Shown piece after piece: positions 26,955 through 37,854 of a DNA stretch of 47,462 bases. Every line of letters starts with the position of its first letter. Positions within the stretch are counted from its first letter, which is position 1. The position numbers were made by a program, and so were the translations under genes. Location: the NCBI GenBank assembly GCA_002361365.1, contig DEST01000099.1:1-47462 (forward strand). Direction: 5' to 3'. This DNA is from Alphaproteobacteria bacterium UBA3307 (GTDB taxonomy: Bacteria; Pseudomonadota; Alphaproteobacteria; RF32; CAG-239). Below the pieces are notes generated by a model. It made no database searches, had not been told where the DNA came from, and saw nothing but the letters and a program-made list of their open reading frames with translations.

Positions 26955-29900
26955 ATGAAAAAAATTTCGGCACGGGCATATTTTTTCAAAAAAATGTTTG
27001 ACTGTTTTATGGTCGGGCTGTTTATTATTTTTTTGCTGTTAATGTGGACTTTGTATAAAGGACCGATTTCTGTGCCGTACTTGCGGCCTTATATTGTGCA
27101 GGCTTTGAATTATGATGAAAATGATTATAAGGTTGGTATCGGTGATGTAAATATCGAATTGGTACGCTCAATTCAGCCGCTTAGGATTACAGCTAATGAT
27201 ATAACTTTGCACAAAAAGGATAAAACAGTCACTATAGAGGCGCCTAAGCTTTATCTTTCATTCAGCCTGCGTGCTCTGCTTAAAGGGATTATTGCACCGA
27301 GTGATGTCAGTTTATTGCAACCTAAAGCACATATTTATGCCAGTTATGGAATTGATAAAACAGAAATACCGGAAAATGCCGTCAATAAGAAAAAATTGCA
27401 GTTTTTAATAGAACAAATTAACGAATTTTTGCAGCACTATAACTCGGAGGATAAAATATATCCCGAAAGTTATGTCGACAATATTACTCTAACAGAAGGC
27501 GAAATCGAACTGCATGAAGTAGATTTGGAGCGAGACTGGATTTTTTCTGATGTAAATTTTGAATTTAAGCGTAATACTGTCAATATGGAACTCAACGCCA
27601 ATTCTCTTGTAAATATTAACGACAAAATAGCATCTGTAGGTTTTGAGAGTAAATATTTGACGGCAGAAGATAAACTTGATTTGGAGGTATATTTTTCCGA
27701 TTTAATACTTTCGGATATGATGGAAACTTTCAACGAAACGACCGAGGATAATATTTTTTCTCATATGTCGGTGGAAGTACCGATGAACGGTAAAATTGAT
27801 ACAACAATAAAATTGACCGATATTTTGACGCATCCGGCAGAAGCGCAAGATTATATGGACGGCGCAATCGAAAAACTTGCTTTTGAGATTGATGGCGGAC
27901 GCGGATACATTTCTTTTGAGGGAGAAGAAAGGTATAATTATGGCATTGATGAAATGTTGTTGTCCGGAAAAGTTGAAGGCGGATTTGATGAAATACAAAT
28001 AAAAAATGCCGAATTTAAAATGGGTGGGCAAAAGGCCGTAATAGATTTGGAAATCAGCGGCTTACAGACTTTTTATCTGGAAGGCACATTGCAGGATTTA
28101 GCTATGCGCTTTAAGGTAAAAGTTGCGGATTTTCCATTTACCGAATTATCACGCTTTTGGCCGCGTTATGTTGCAGAGCCTGCGTGGCAGTGGTGCAAAG
28201 ATGGACTAATTGGTGGGCATGCACAAAATGCCGAGTTTAAGTTTGATTTTGGATATAGACACAAAACAAAAGATTGGGGATTGCTTGAACTTGATGGTAC
28301 GGCGCGGCTCTATGATGCTGATTTGTTCTATTTGGATGGCATGCCGATTGTGCATCATATTTACGGAACAGCGCATTTTTCCGACCACAATATTTTGATC
28401 GATATAGATAAGGGAGTGTCCGACGGTGTGATTATTACCGGTGGAAAAATTGATATTTATGATTTGGACAAGGAAGATAACTTTATTTCAATAGATTTAA
28501 TCGGCAATTCTGCGGTAAAAGATGCTTTGTTGCTGATTGATAATAAGCCGCTTGAATTTACCTCAGCTATGGGATTGAACCCTGATAATATCAGCGGCGA
28601 CGTAGAAGTAAAACTTAAGCTGGATTTTGAGTTGCGGCAAAATTTGGATACAGATGACATAAAAGTTAAAGTAGATGCAGATTTGCACCAGATAGAAATA
28701 AAAGATTTGTTTGAAAAACACGCAGTTTCAGCAGAGAATATGAAGCTGAACGTAAATTCATCCGGTTGGAGTTTGCAAGGTGAGGGAAATTTTGAGAATA
28801 TTCCGGTGAAATTGTTGATGAATGAAAAGTTTGCCGATAAAAAATATAAGAGCAAATGTAATTTTTCGTTCAAACTTGATGATGCCGCAAAAAAAATATT
28901 AGGATTGGAACAAAATATTTTAAATGCGCCAAATATGGAGGGCTATGCGCTTGTAAATGCTGACGTAGTGATTAAAGAGGATGGAATTACGGAGATTGAT
29001 TTATCGGCAGATTTGCATAATACCAAGTTGGATTATGCCTATTTTGGTGTGGTGAAAGCCAGCGGGCAACCGGCAGAAATTAAGGCAAAAATCAAAATGA
29101 AAGATGGTAAGGTTACAAATATTTCAGAGCTGAGTTTGATAAAACCGGGATTTGTGATTAACGGCAACGTATCAATGTATCCGAGCGGACGGGTGAAATT
29201 GGTTGATGTTACAAAAATTACGGGGCCACGCACCTCAGCCAAGGCTAAAATCAACTTAACAGATAACGAAATGCCGACTTTTAAAATCGAAGTTTCAGGT
29301 GACAGCTATGATTTGTCGCCGTTGTTTGATAAAGTTGATGCCAAGAAAAATACGGATTTTGAGAATTTGCCGCAACAGAATATCCATCAAGAAAATGAAG
29401 ATGATGGATTGGAAACACTCAATAATGCCGATATTTTTGTGATGGTCAACAGTTTATGGACCAACAAAACCACCCCGATTAAAAATTTTGCCGGCAATGC
29501 CAAATTACGTCACGGAATCGGAATTGATGAAGTTAATATGGTTGGTAACTACGGAGTAGATAAGTCAATTAAACTTAACTTAAGCTATGTGCCTCGCGGG
29601 GATAGAGAACATTATCTTTCGGTGGAAAGTAACAATGCCGGCAGTACGCTTAAAGTGTTGCGTTTGTATGAAAATATGGTGGGAGGTACGCTCAAAATCG
29701 AAGCCAGACGGCAAGCTGATAAAAAGTTTATAGGTCATGCGATTGTGCGGGATTTCAGTATTCAAAATGCACCGGTTGTGGCGCAGATTTTATCGGTGGC
29801 ATCGTTTACCGGAATGTTGGACTTGCTTAAAGGCGATGGTTTGATATTTACACATTTCAGTGCGCCGTTTGAATATCAATATAAAATACTTAAACTCAAC

Positions 29901-30206
29901 CACGCAAAGGCAGAAGGCAGTGTGGTCGGGTTGACGACTACCGGAACTTATAACAGGGCAACCGATGATGTGCGTTTTTACGGAGTGGTGGCACCGGCGT
30001 ATAGCTTAAATCGATTTTTGGGCAAGATTCCGGTGGTCGGCAATTTGCTAGCCAGCAAGGATGGTACGATTTTTGCCGCAGATTATAAAGCGGAAGGTCC
30101 GGTCAAAGATTTGGATGTTGATGTTAATTCTCTTTCTATTTTGAGTCCGAATTCGATGAAGGAGTGGTATAATAAAAACTTTGGAGAGGGTGATGGTGAG
30201 CTGTAA
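26955..30206 (+). CDS. AsmA-like (YhdP/DUF3971-type) envelope protein
   Basis: N-terminal TM plus GPISV; WPRYVAEPAWQW; C-terminal PAYSLNRFLGKIPVVG and NSLSILSP. Confidence 0.8.
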   Translation: MKKISARAYFFKKMFDCFMVGLFIIFLLLMWTLYKGPISVPYLRPYIVQALNYDENDYKVGIGDVNIELVRSIQPLRITANDITLHKKDKTVTIEAPKLYLSFSLRALLKGIIAPSDVSLLQPKAHIYASYGIDKTEIPENAVNKKKLQFLIEQINEFLQHYNSEDKIYPESYVDNITLTEGEIELHEVDLERDWIFSDVNFEFKRNTVNMELNANSLVNINDKIASVGFESKYLTAEDKLDLEVYFSDLILSDMMETFNETTEDNIFSHMSVEVPMNGKIDTTIKLTDILTHPAEAQDYMDGAIEKLAFEIDGGRGYISFEGEERYNYGIDEMLLSGKVEGGFDEIQIKNAEFKMGGQKAVIDLEISGLQTFYLEGTLQDLAMRFKVKVADFPFTELSRFWPRYVAEPAWQWCKDGLIGGHAQNAEFKFDFGYRHKTKDWGLLELDGTARLYDADLFYLDGMPIVHHIYGTAHFSDHNILIDIDKGVSDGVIITGGKIDIYDLDKEDNFISIDLIGNSAVKDALLLIDNKPLEFTSAMGLNPDNISGDVEVKLKLDFELRQNLDTDDIKVKVDADLHQIEIKDLFEKHAVSAENMKLNVNSSGWSLQGEGNFENIPVKLLMNEKFADKKYKSKCNFSFKLDDAAKKILGLEQNILNAPNMEGYALVNADVVIKEDGITEIDLSADLHNTKLDYAYFGVVKASGQPAEIKAKIKMKDGKVTNISELSLIKPGFVINGNVSMYPSGRVKLVDVTKITGPRTSAKAKINLTDNEMPTFKIEVSGDSYDLSPLFDKVDAKKNTDFENLPQQNIHQENEDDGLETLNNADIFVMVNSLWTNKTTPIKNFAGNAKLRHGIGIDEVNMVGNYGVDKSIKLNLSYVPRGDREHYLSVESNNAGSTLKVLRLYENMVGGTLKIEARRQADKKFIGHAIVRDFSIQNAPVVAQILSVASFTGMLDLLKGDGLIFTHFSAPFEYQYKILKLNHAKAEGSVVGLTTTGTYNRATDDVRFYGVVAPAYSLNRFLGKIPVVGNLLASKDGTIFAADYKAEGPVKDLDVDVNSLSILSPNSMKEWYNKNFGEGDGEL

Positions 30207-30669
30207 AAAAATCAGCTTTGATTTTCATGGAGTGATAAATACAGCGCCGGAATTTTTTTCCGCACTTCTCAGAGAGTTACGTCTCAACAAAATGCGAATA
30301 TATGTTGTTAGCGGCGGACCGCGGGAATATATTGTACAATATTTGGCAGAACATAAAATTCCGTATGATGTACTATGGTGCATCTTTGATTATTTCAATG
30401 CAAAAGAAAAGGTTGAAGTTGCCGCCGATGGTTCGTTTCATATTGATGATACTTTATGGAATGCGGCAAAAAGCGAATATTGTGCCCGAGAAAAAATCGG
30501 TTTACACATAGATGACAGTGAAATTTACGGCCAATATTTTACCACTCCGTATTTGCGTTTTAATTCTAAAGAAAAATATTTTGAAATTGCCGATGCCGTA
30601 CTGAAAATTACAGAAGGAGCCTCGCAGGTGGCAAAGATATTGAATGTAATTTGTCAGAATTGTCACTGA
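30193..30669 (+). CDS. Small HAD-superfamily-like protein
   Basis: ISFDFHGVI (motif I), VVSG, K, HIDD (motif IV). Confidence 0.65.
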   Translation: MVSCKKISFDFHGVINTAPEFFSALLRELRLNKMRIYVVSGGPREYIVQYLAEHKIPYDVLWCIFDYFNAKEKVEVAADGSFHIDDTLWNAAKSEYCAREKIGLHIDDSEIYGQYFTTPYLRFNSKEKYFEIADAVLKITEGASQVAKILNVICQNCH

Positions 30670-32187
30670 TTATTGATTGTTATCGTTTTGTTTTTGCTGT
30701 TTTTCTGCAGTATAATGTATAGAAATGAGGTTTTCAAGTTCAATATCTCCTGACTGGTGGGCATATTCAAGAGCAATTTGCCAATTAGAAACAGCTGTTT
30801 CCGGATTATTTGTTAATTCTTCTATCAGTGCCAAATTGGCATAATCTGCCACCATTCCTTCACAGCGTTGTTTACTTTGTTCAAGATGCAGAGACTGCTG
30901 AAACAACACCTTTGCACGTTGCAAATCATGACGTTGCATATAAATCAGCCCCAATAGACTATACGCATTAGCGGTATGAAAGCTGTTTGGGTGGCGACGA
31001 TTAAGCCATAATATGGTGCGTAAATATTTTTCCGCTTCGCCGTATAAATGTTGTTTGCATCTGGATTCAGCCGCCAAATATAAGCATTCGGCCTGTGCGG
31101 AATAATTCTGCTGTAATTCATACATACCAACAGCACGATTAGCCAGCCTTATAGTTTTAACGTATTTTTTTTGAGCAAAGGCTATTTGTGCGGCTAATTG
31201 TAACGCAAGAGCCAAACCGTGTTGATTTTTGAGATTTTGCTGTAAATTAAGGGCTGTTTTGCTCAATTTTTCCGCCTTATTGAATTTACCTTTTATCAAT
31301 AATAAGAGTGTCTGCTGATTATAAATATCGGCACGAAGTTGCTCGGTTATCGGCATATCGATGGCTTTTTGATATTGTTCGGCTGCTTCTTCATAACGAT
31401 TTTCAAATACCATCAGCATACCTTTAGCAACCACTGCCTTAGCCTCAAACAGCGGCGTATTTTGAGTTTGATAAATTTTTATGGCGGAATCAATCATAGC
31501 AGAGGCAACATCATTAACACAGCTGATGCGGTATATTTCGGCGAGCAATAAATGGCAAGCCGCGGTTTCAATGGCATATTGTTTTTTTTGAAAGACTTTG
31601 AGTGCGGCGGAGGCATTTTGTGAGGCAGAAAGCATTTCTCCATCGTGCATATATACAAAAGATGCAATATAGTTATAATAAGCACTTGTCGTGTTGTTTT
31701 TTTTGTTATTGAAATATAGACTCAGCTTGTTTACATATTTTTCCGTGGCTTTGTAATTATATGCCAAATAAGTCAGAATCGGTAAAAAGACACCATATTC
31801 CGGAGTTAATAAACACAGTCTTTTTTGTTGCGATATTTTTCTATAAGCGCCATAGGGGTTAATGTGTGCATTCAGAAACAATGCCAGCAAGGGAGTTCGG
31901 CTCTCTAAATAAATAATTGCTTTTTCCGGTTTTCCGGCAACCAGCCAAAGCAATGCTGATTTTGCCGTCTTACCGCCTAAAAAAAATAATTTTTGTACAC
32001 AGCTATTGATGATAATGGTGGAAAAAAAAGTGTTTTGATTTATCGTTTGCTGTCGTTTCAAAATATTGATGCGCGTCAGGTTTTGTAAATATCGCAGACG
32101 TATCCGCCAATACAATAAAAACAATGCCGTTATGATAATAACGATTAGAGCCGAGATAAGAATGTATGCAAAATATTTTTCGCTCAT
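30670..32187 (-). CDS. Membrane-anchored tetratricopeptide repeat protein
   Basis: N-terminal TM helix; repeated TPR patterns such as AYSLLGLIY...AKVLFQQSL. Confidence 0.8.
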   Translation of the reverse strand: MSEKYFAYILISALIVIIITALFLLYWRIRLRYLQNLTRINILKRQQTINQNTFFSTIIINSCVQKLFFLGGKTAKSALLWLVAGKPEKAIIYLESRTPLLALFLNAHINPYGAYRKISQQKRLCLLTPEYGVFLPILTYLAYNYKATEKYVNKLSLYFNNKKNNTTSAYYNYIASFVYMHDGEMLSASQNASAALKVFQKKQYAIETAACHLLLAEIYRISCVNDVASAMIDSAIKIYQTQNTPLFEAKAVVAKGMLMVFENRYEEAAEQYQKAIDMPITEQLRADIYNQQTLLLLIKGKFNKAEKLSKTALNLQQNLKNQHGLALALQLAAQIAFAQKKYVKTIRLANRAVGMYELQQNYSAQAECLYLAAESRCKQHLYGEAEKYLRTILWLNRRHPNSFHTANAYSLLGLIYMQRHDLQRAKVLFQQSLHLEQSKQRCEGMVADYANLALIEELTNNPETAVSNWQIALEYAHQSGDIELENLISIHYTAEKQQKQNDNNQ

Positions 32188-32256
32188 TTACCCTCTGTTA
32201 GCATTTTGACATTATATTATATAAATCAATTTTCATCATATAGGGATTATTTTAAA

Positions 32257-34695
32257 ATGGCTATTACAAAATTAAATTCTAACCAACTTTATCGCAAATG
32301 TGACCCTTCTAAGTTTGATTTTAATAGTACGGCAGACTTGGAAGAACGGCTTTCTGCCTTGGGACAAGACCGTGCTATCAGTGCGGTGGAATTGGGTATA
32401 CATATAAAATCGCGCGGATATAATTTGTTTTGTTTGGGACCGGAAGGAACCGGTAAAACCAGCTTAGTAAAGCGTATTTTGGAAAAAGAAGCAAAAAATC
32501 GCAAAACACCGCTCGATTGGGCATATGTCTATAATTTTGAAGAACCGTATAAGCCGAAAGCCATCAGCTTTCCGGCAGGTAAGGCTTGTGATTTTGCCAA
32601 AGATGTCGATGAGTTGATAGAAGAACTTTCCGCTTCGTTGCCGGCACTTATAGAATCTGAAGAATATAAAGCTGCTCTCGGAATTATTAAGCAAAAATAT
32701 AAATCCAAAAAAGATGAATATATTGCGGTTTTGCAAAAAAAAGCCAAGGGTAAGCGGGTTTCGCTGTTGCATATGCAGATGGGCTTAGTGGTTGCCCCGA
32801 TGAAAGACGGAGAAGTCTTAAATCCGGATTCGTTCGACCAACTTCCGGAAGATGAGAAAAAACTCATTATGGAAGATTTGAACGCAATGCAGGAAGAAAT
32901 AGAAAATGCTACCCAAGATTTACCGCGATGGGAAGAAAAACAAAAAGACGAAATTTATAATCTACGCCAAAAATTTGCAAAGGCAGCCGTAAAAGAGCCT
33001 ATTGATGAATTACGCAAAAAATATAAGGGGCAAACGCAGGCAACAAAGTTTTTGAAATCAATTCAGGACCATATTTTGGATAATGTTGATGAGTTTGTAC
33101 CGGAAGATAAAGAAAAAAATCTGCTTGCCGGAGGTGGAGAAGAGGAACCGCTGCAAATGTTGCTTAGCCGAATGAAACAACCGGAAGAAGATAAATTTTC
33201 CAAGCTCAAGGTTAATGTGATTGTCAAAAACAAAGCAGATTCCGGTGCGCCGGTAATAGTATTGGACCATCCGACACAGGGAAATTTGGTTGGTAAGGTT
33301 GAGCGTATTCAGCAATATGGTGCGCTTTTGACTGACTTTACGTTGATTAAGGCCGGTGCTTTGCATTGTGCTAACGGCGGATTTTTGCTGCTTGATGCGC
33401 GTAAAGTTTTGGAGCAGCCGTTTGCGTGGGATTCCTTAAAACGCGCAATAGCATCAAAGCGTATAAAAATAGAAGCACCGAGTGAAGAAACCAGTTTTAC
33501 GACGATTTCTCTTGATCCGGAGCCGATACCGTTGGATATAAAAGTTGTCTTGACCGGCGATTTTGAAATTTATGATTTATTGTGTGAAAGAGACCCTGAT
33601 TTCAGAGATTTCTTCAAAGTCGAAGCAGATTTTGGGATTATAATGGACCGAACCGAAGATAATGAAGTAGAATATGCCAAACTTATCGGTTCACTTTCGC
33701 AAAAAAAAGGTTTGCGTTCACTTAACAAACAAGCAGTGGCGCGCGTGATAGAATATTCTTCACGTTTAGCAGGTGATTCCAGTAAGCTGACGGCACATAT
33801 ATCGTCTATCGGCGATTTGTTGCGCGAAGCAGATTATTGGGCGCGCAAGTCTAACTCAAAACAAATCGGCAAGAATCATATTGAGCAAGCAATAGAGGCA
33901 CAGATTTATCGCTCTGACCGTGTTAAAAAATCAATGCTTGAAGATATTGATAAAGGTACGATTTTAATGGATGTTACCGGTGAGCGTGTCGGCCAAATCA
34001 ATGGATTGGTTGTGTATGACTTTTCAAACTATTCTTTTGGAAAACCGGCGCGTATTACCACACAAGTACGTATAGGTAAGGGGGATTTCTTAAATATTGA
34101 ACGCGAAATCGAGATGAGTGGACCGATACATACACAAGGCGTGTTAATTTTACAATCGTTAATAGCTAACCGCTTTGCTAAACGGCAACCGCTTTCGCTT
34201 TCAGCGTCAATCGTCTTTGAGCAATCTTACGGTGGCGTTGATGGCGACAGTGCGTCTTCTACCGAATATTATTGTATGATTTCCGCCATTACCGGTTTAC
34301 CGATTAAGCAAAGTATTGCCGTGACAGGTTCAATCAATCAATTTGGAGAAATTCAGCCGATTGGCGGTGTAAACGAGAAAATTGAGGGCTTTTTTGATGT
34401 GTGTGTTCATAAAGGTCTGACCGGCACGCAAGGTGTGATAATTCCGCGCACAAATATTGAAAATCTGATGCTGCGCGCTGATATTCTGCAAGCGGTGGAA
34501 GAGGGCAAATTTACAATTTATGCGATTGATACTGTTGATGATGGCATTGAAATCCTGACCGGTAAAAAAGCCGGCAAACTTAATGCTAAAGGGCAATATC
34601 CTAAGGATTCCGTCAATGGTATGGTGCAGCAAAGTTTGCAGGAGTTTTATAACGATTATGCGCGCTATGCTTGTGAAACCAAAGGGTGCTTATAA
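32257..34695 (+). CDS. Lon-like protease (peptidase S16, LonB/LonC-type AAA_32)
   Basis: LGQDRA, GPEGTGKT, GALHCANGG, FEQSYGGVDGDSAS (Ser), QPIGGVNEKIEGFF (Lys). Confidence 0.92.
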   Translation: MAITKLNSNQLYRKCDPSKFDFNSTADLEERLSALGQDRAISAVELGIHIKSRGYNLFCLGPEGTGKTSLVKRILEKEAKNRKTPLDWAYVYNFEEPYKPKAISFPAGKACDFAKDVDELIEELSASLPALIESEEYKAALGIIKQKYKSKKDEYIAVLQKKAKGKRVSLLHMQMGLVVAPMKDGEVLNPDSFDQLPEDEKKLIMEDLNAMQEEIENATQDLPRWEEKQKDEIYNLRQKFAKAAVKEPIDELRKKYKGQTQATKFLKSIQDHILDNVDEFVPEDKEKNLLAGGGEEEPLQMLLSRMKQPEEDKFSKLKVNVIVKNKADSGAPVIVLDHPTQGNLVGKVERIQQYGALLTDFTLIKAGALHCANGGFLLLDARKVLEQPFAWDSLKRAIASKRIKIEAPSEETSFTTISLDPEPIPLDIKVVLTGDFEIYDLLCERDPDFRDFFKVEADFGIIMDRTEDNEVEYAKLIGSLSQKKGLRSLNKQAVARVIEYSSRLAGDSSKLTAHISSIGDLLREADYWARKSNSKQIGKNHIEQAIEAQIYRSDRVKKSMLEDIDKGTILMDVTGERVGQINGLVVYDFSNYSFGKPARITTQVRIGKGDFLNIEREIEMSGPIHTQGVLILQSLIANRFAKRQPLSLSASIVFEQSYGGVDGDSASSTEYYCMISAITGLPIKQSIAVTGSINQFGEIQPIGGVNEKIEGFFDVCVHKGLTGTQGVIIPRTNIENLMLRADILQAVEEGKFTIYAIDTVDDGIEILTGKKAGKLNAKGQYPKDSVNGMVQQSLQEFYNDYARYACETKGCL

Positions 34696-34718
34696 GTTTT
34701 ATAAGCTATAGCGCAATA

Positions 34719-34755
34719 AAAAATCCTCGTTTGCACTGAACAAACGAGGATTTTT
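34719..34755. terminator. Bidirectional intrinsic terminator
   Basis: Perfect 15-bp IR AAAAATCCTCGTTTG / CAAACGAGGATTTTT between convergent genes. Confidence 0.85.
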
Positions 34756-34762
34756 GTTGGTA

Positions 34763-35167
34763 TTAAGCTGCGGCATCGGCATTGTTGTATATTTGCTCTT
34801 TGAGCTTTTCCAGATGCTTGCTGTAGGTTGTGCCGCTCAGCTCCCACTTACCGGTAAAGGGATTGAGATGACTGAACTCAAATTTTTCAACAACCTCTTT
34901 AGGGCTGAGGAACATCGGGTTCGAATTGGTGTTGGTCACAATCGTAACGCCGGGGATTAGTTCCTTGCGGCCGTAAATGCAGTGCGGACCTTGCCAGATA
35001 TGGCACCAGAAGTCGCTGATTGGGTCAAAATGCACTTCACTGTATCCGTCCCAATAGCAACAAACAGGCTCTTTGGCGTGAAGTGAGAATTTTCCGTACC
35101 AATCGTTATAGGCTCTGCGCCACTCTTTTAAAAATTCTGGTTGGTAAATACGCTGTAATTCTGCCAT
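34763..35167 (-). CDS. Hypothetical protein (Trp/aromatic-rich)
   Basis: ATG 35167 downstream of TTGACA-N17-TATACT (35257-35229); ends at the terminator. Confidence 0.65.
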   Translation of the reverse strand: MAELQRIYQPEFLKEWRRAYNDWYGKFSLHAKEPVCCYWDGYSEVHFDPISDFWCHIWQGPHCIYGRKELIPGVTIVTNTNSNPMFLSPKEVVEKFEFSHLNPFTGKWELSGTTYSKHLEKLKEQIYNNADAAA

Positions 35168-35280
35168 AATGTAAATTTTTTGGGGTGAATATATGTAAAT
35201 TTTTCTCAATAATTGCTATTTGTGTCTAAGTATAGTATATTATGTTTATTTTGTCAAGAGGTTTGTGCTGGATTTATAAC

Positions 35281-35577
35281 TTATTTTTTTCGAGGTTTTA
35301 TAAGTGTATCATAGCTATCGTATAGTTTTTGTTTGGCAGTGAATTTATCCATAGCTTGAAAAAATTGTTTTTTTGCCATTGGTTTTTCGAGTGACCGAAA
35401 AGTAATACGCTTATTGGTAATCCGCACAATGTATTTCAAGACCTTAATTTGCTCTTCATCGCTCATTTCAGTAAAAGCTTGAGTTACTTCATAAGTTTTT
35501 TGCGGCACATAGCGGTAATGCGCAATAAAATCGGCAACCCGTACCATTCCGTCCGGTAAAAACACATCTTCGGTCAT
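35281..35577 (-). CDS. Small hypothetical protein
   Basis: Strong AAGGAGG RBS; 98 aa; preceded by a structured leader. Confidence 0.7.
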   Translation of the reverse strand: MTEDVFLPDGMVRVADFIAHYRYVPQKTYEVTQAFTEMSDEEQIKVLKYIVRITNKRITFRSLEKPMAKKQFFQAMDKFTAKQKLYDSYDTLIKPRKK

Positions 35578-35597
35578 AAATATCCTCCTTTAAAAAC

Positions 35598-35800
35598 AAA
35601 AAAAAACTACTCTGATGAGGAGTAGCAGGAAGTTCAAACCTATCAACAGCAATAGCGTAGCTTATTTGTTGTTTCGCAAGAAAGCAACTTATTCAACTAC
35701 CTTCCTGCTACAACGCAGGAAATATTTTACATCTCATAAAAAACAAGATGGCTGTTAGGAGGGTTTGAGCCTCCACGCAAGTTATCGTCTTGCGCACTTG
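35598..35800 (-). ncRNA. Structured leader RNA resembling phage C4/CI antisense cassettes, with terminator
   Basis: 11-bp closing stem (35701-35711/35622-35632) enclosing two hairpins; its loop and bulge are complementary to upstream sites; overlapping terminator; promoter TTGACA-N17-TAACTT at 35830-35802. Confidence 0.55.
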
Positions 35801-35926
35801 CAAGTTAGAATATATATGATAGTTTGTCAATTAAAAATTTTTATCCGCCGTAAAGCGCGTTTTGTTTAGAAAATATTAAACAACAATGTGCTTTAATCAA
35901 AAAAAATATGTTTGTAAAAGGAAAAA

Positions 35927-36547
35927 ATGATGAATAATACTGAGATTCTGAACAGTTCGTTAGTGCCGATGGTGGTGGAGCAAACCCCAAAAGGAGAACG
36001 TCAATTTGATATTTTTTCGCGTTTGCTAAAAGAACGGATTATCTTTTTGACCGGTGAAGTCAACGATGAGGTATCATCTCTTGTTTGTGCTCAGCTTTTG
36101 TTTTTGGAGGCGGAGAACCCTAAGAAAGATATTTCGCTTTATATCAATTCGCCGGGCGGGGTGGTAACTTCCGGTTTGGCAATGTATGATACAATGCAAT
36201 ACATTTCTTGCGATGTGGCGACAATTTGTGTTGGGCAAGCGTGTTCGATGGGTTCGTTTTTATTGGCCGGCGGAACAAAAGGTAAACGCTATTCGCTGCC
36301 TAATTCTCAAATTATGATTCATCAGCCGTCGGGCGGTGCCAAAGGGCAGGCAACCGACATAGAAATTCAGGCAAAACTGATTTTGGATTTGCGTAAGCGC
36401 CTAAATAAAATTTACGCCGATAATACAGGGCAAAAGTTGGCGGTGATTGAAAAAGCAATGGACCGCGACAATTTTATGACGCCGCAAGAGGCTCTTGACT
36501 TTGGGTTGATAGACCATATAATTACAAATCGTAATGAAATTAAATAA
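35927..36547 (+). CDS. clpP: ATP-dependent Clp protease proteolytic subunit
   Basis: [38 protein letters not shown]. Confidence 0.98.
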   Translation: MMNNTEILNSSLVPMVVEQTPKGERQFDIFSRLLKERIIFLTGEVNDEVSSLVCAQLLFLEAENPKKDISLYINSPGGVVTSGLAMYDTMQYISCDVATICVGQACSMGSFLLAGGTKGKRYSLPNSQIMIHQPSGGAKGQATDIEIQAKLILDLRKRLNKIYADNTGQKLAVIEKAMDRDNFMTPQEALDFGLIDHIITNRNEIK

Positions 36548-36555
36548 GGTGTGAA

Positions 36556-37836
36556 ATGAATAAAAAAGACGATAAAGATGATGAAATTCTGCATTGTTCG
36601 TTTTGCGGCAAAAGTCAGAAAGAAGTGAAAAAATTGGTGGCAGGTCGCGGTGTATATATCTGCAACGAATGTATTGATGTTTGCTCAACCATTATGGAAG
36701 AAGAAACGCTGGACGACGGTGCAGAACAAAAAAACGATAAAAATACGCCGATAAACGAAGAACTACCGACACCGTCTAAAATTAAAAAATTTTTGGATGA
36801 ATATGTTATCGGGCAGGATTATGCTAAAAAAGTTCTGTCAGTGGCAGTTTATAATCACTACAAACGGCTGAATAATCCGCATAAAGATGAAGTTGATATC
36901 AATAAATCTAATGTTATTCTTATCGGTTCTACCGGTTGCGGAAAGACCTTGTTGGCGCAGACATTGGCTAAAATTCTGAATGTGCCGTTTGCAATTGCCG
37001 ATGCCACAACCTTAACCGAGGCCGGTTATGTTGGAGAAGATGTGGAAAATATTGTCTTAAAACTGGTGCAAAACGCCAATTATGATATCGAAAAGGCACA
37101 GCGCGGCATTATTTATATTGATGAAATAGATAAAATTTCGCGCAAAGGCGACGGTCCGTCAATTACGCGTGATGTTTCCGGCGAAGGTGTGCAACAAGCA
37201 CTGTTGAAAATTATTGAAGGAACGGTTGCTAATGTCCCTCCACAGGGCGGGCGCAAGCATCCGCAGCAGGAATTTTTGCACGTTGATACGACCAATATTT
37301 TATTTATTTGCGGCGGCGCATTTGCCGGTTTGGAGAAGATTATCGAAAAACACGGAGCTGAGAATAATAATTCCATCGGGTTTGGAGCAAAAGTAGAAAA
37401 AGATGAAAAGTCAGTAGGGCAAATTTTAAAAGACGTGCGACCGGAAGACTTGGTAAAATATGGGCTGATTCCGGAATTTACCGGTCGTGTTCCGGTGATT
37501 GCCACGCTTGATGACTTAGATGAAAAGGCACTTATTTCGGTTTTGACCGAACCAAAGAATGCGCTTGTCAGTCAATATCGCTCTTTATTTAATATGGATA
37601 ATGTAAAGTTGACGATTACCGATGATGCTTTGTTGGCAATTGCAAAATTAGCCATTGAACGTAAAACCGGTGCGCGCGGTTTACGGGCAATTATGGAAGA
37701 AATTCTGATGGAATGGATGTATGAACTGCCGGACGACAAAGATGTAACGGAAATTGTGATTGACGAGAAAGTTGTCAACAAAAAGGGTAGTAAGCCTAAG
37801 CTTATTCGTAAAAAATCTTTAAAAAAGTCCGCTTAA
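36556..37836 (+). CDS. clpX: ATP-dependent Clp protease ATP-binding subunit
   Basis: CSFCGK zinc finger, GCGKT, IDEIDK, RKHP, IGF loop, GARGLR. Confidence 0.98.
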   Translation: MNKKDDKDDEILHCSFCGKSQKEVKKLVAGRGVYICNECIDVCSTIMEEETLDDGAEQKNDKNTPINEELPTPSKIKKFLDEYVIGQDYAKKVLSVAVYNHYKRLNNPHKDEVDINKSNVILIGSTGCGKTLLAQTLAKILNVPFAIADATTLTEAGYVGEDVENIVLKLVQNANYDIEKAQRGIIYIDEIDKISRKGDGPSITRDVSGEGVQQALLKIIEGTVANVPPQGGRKHPQQEFLHVDTTNILFICGGAFAGLEKIIEKHGAENNNSIGFGAKVEKDEKSVGQILKDVRPEDLVKYGLIPEFTGRVPVIATLDDLDEKALISVLTEPKNALVSQYRSLFNMDNVKLTITDDALLAIAKLAIERKTGARGLRAIMEEILMEWMYELPDDKDVTEIVIDEKVVNKKGSKPKLIRKKSLKKSA

Positions 37837-37854
37837 TGGTCATCTGCTTGTGCT

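Noticed and set aside
35598-35800. Known metabolite riboswitch or T-box
   Set aside because: I could not find conserved TPP, SAM, FMN, cobalamin or T-box sequence signatures; the internal complementarity fits an antisense design better.
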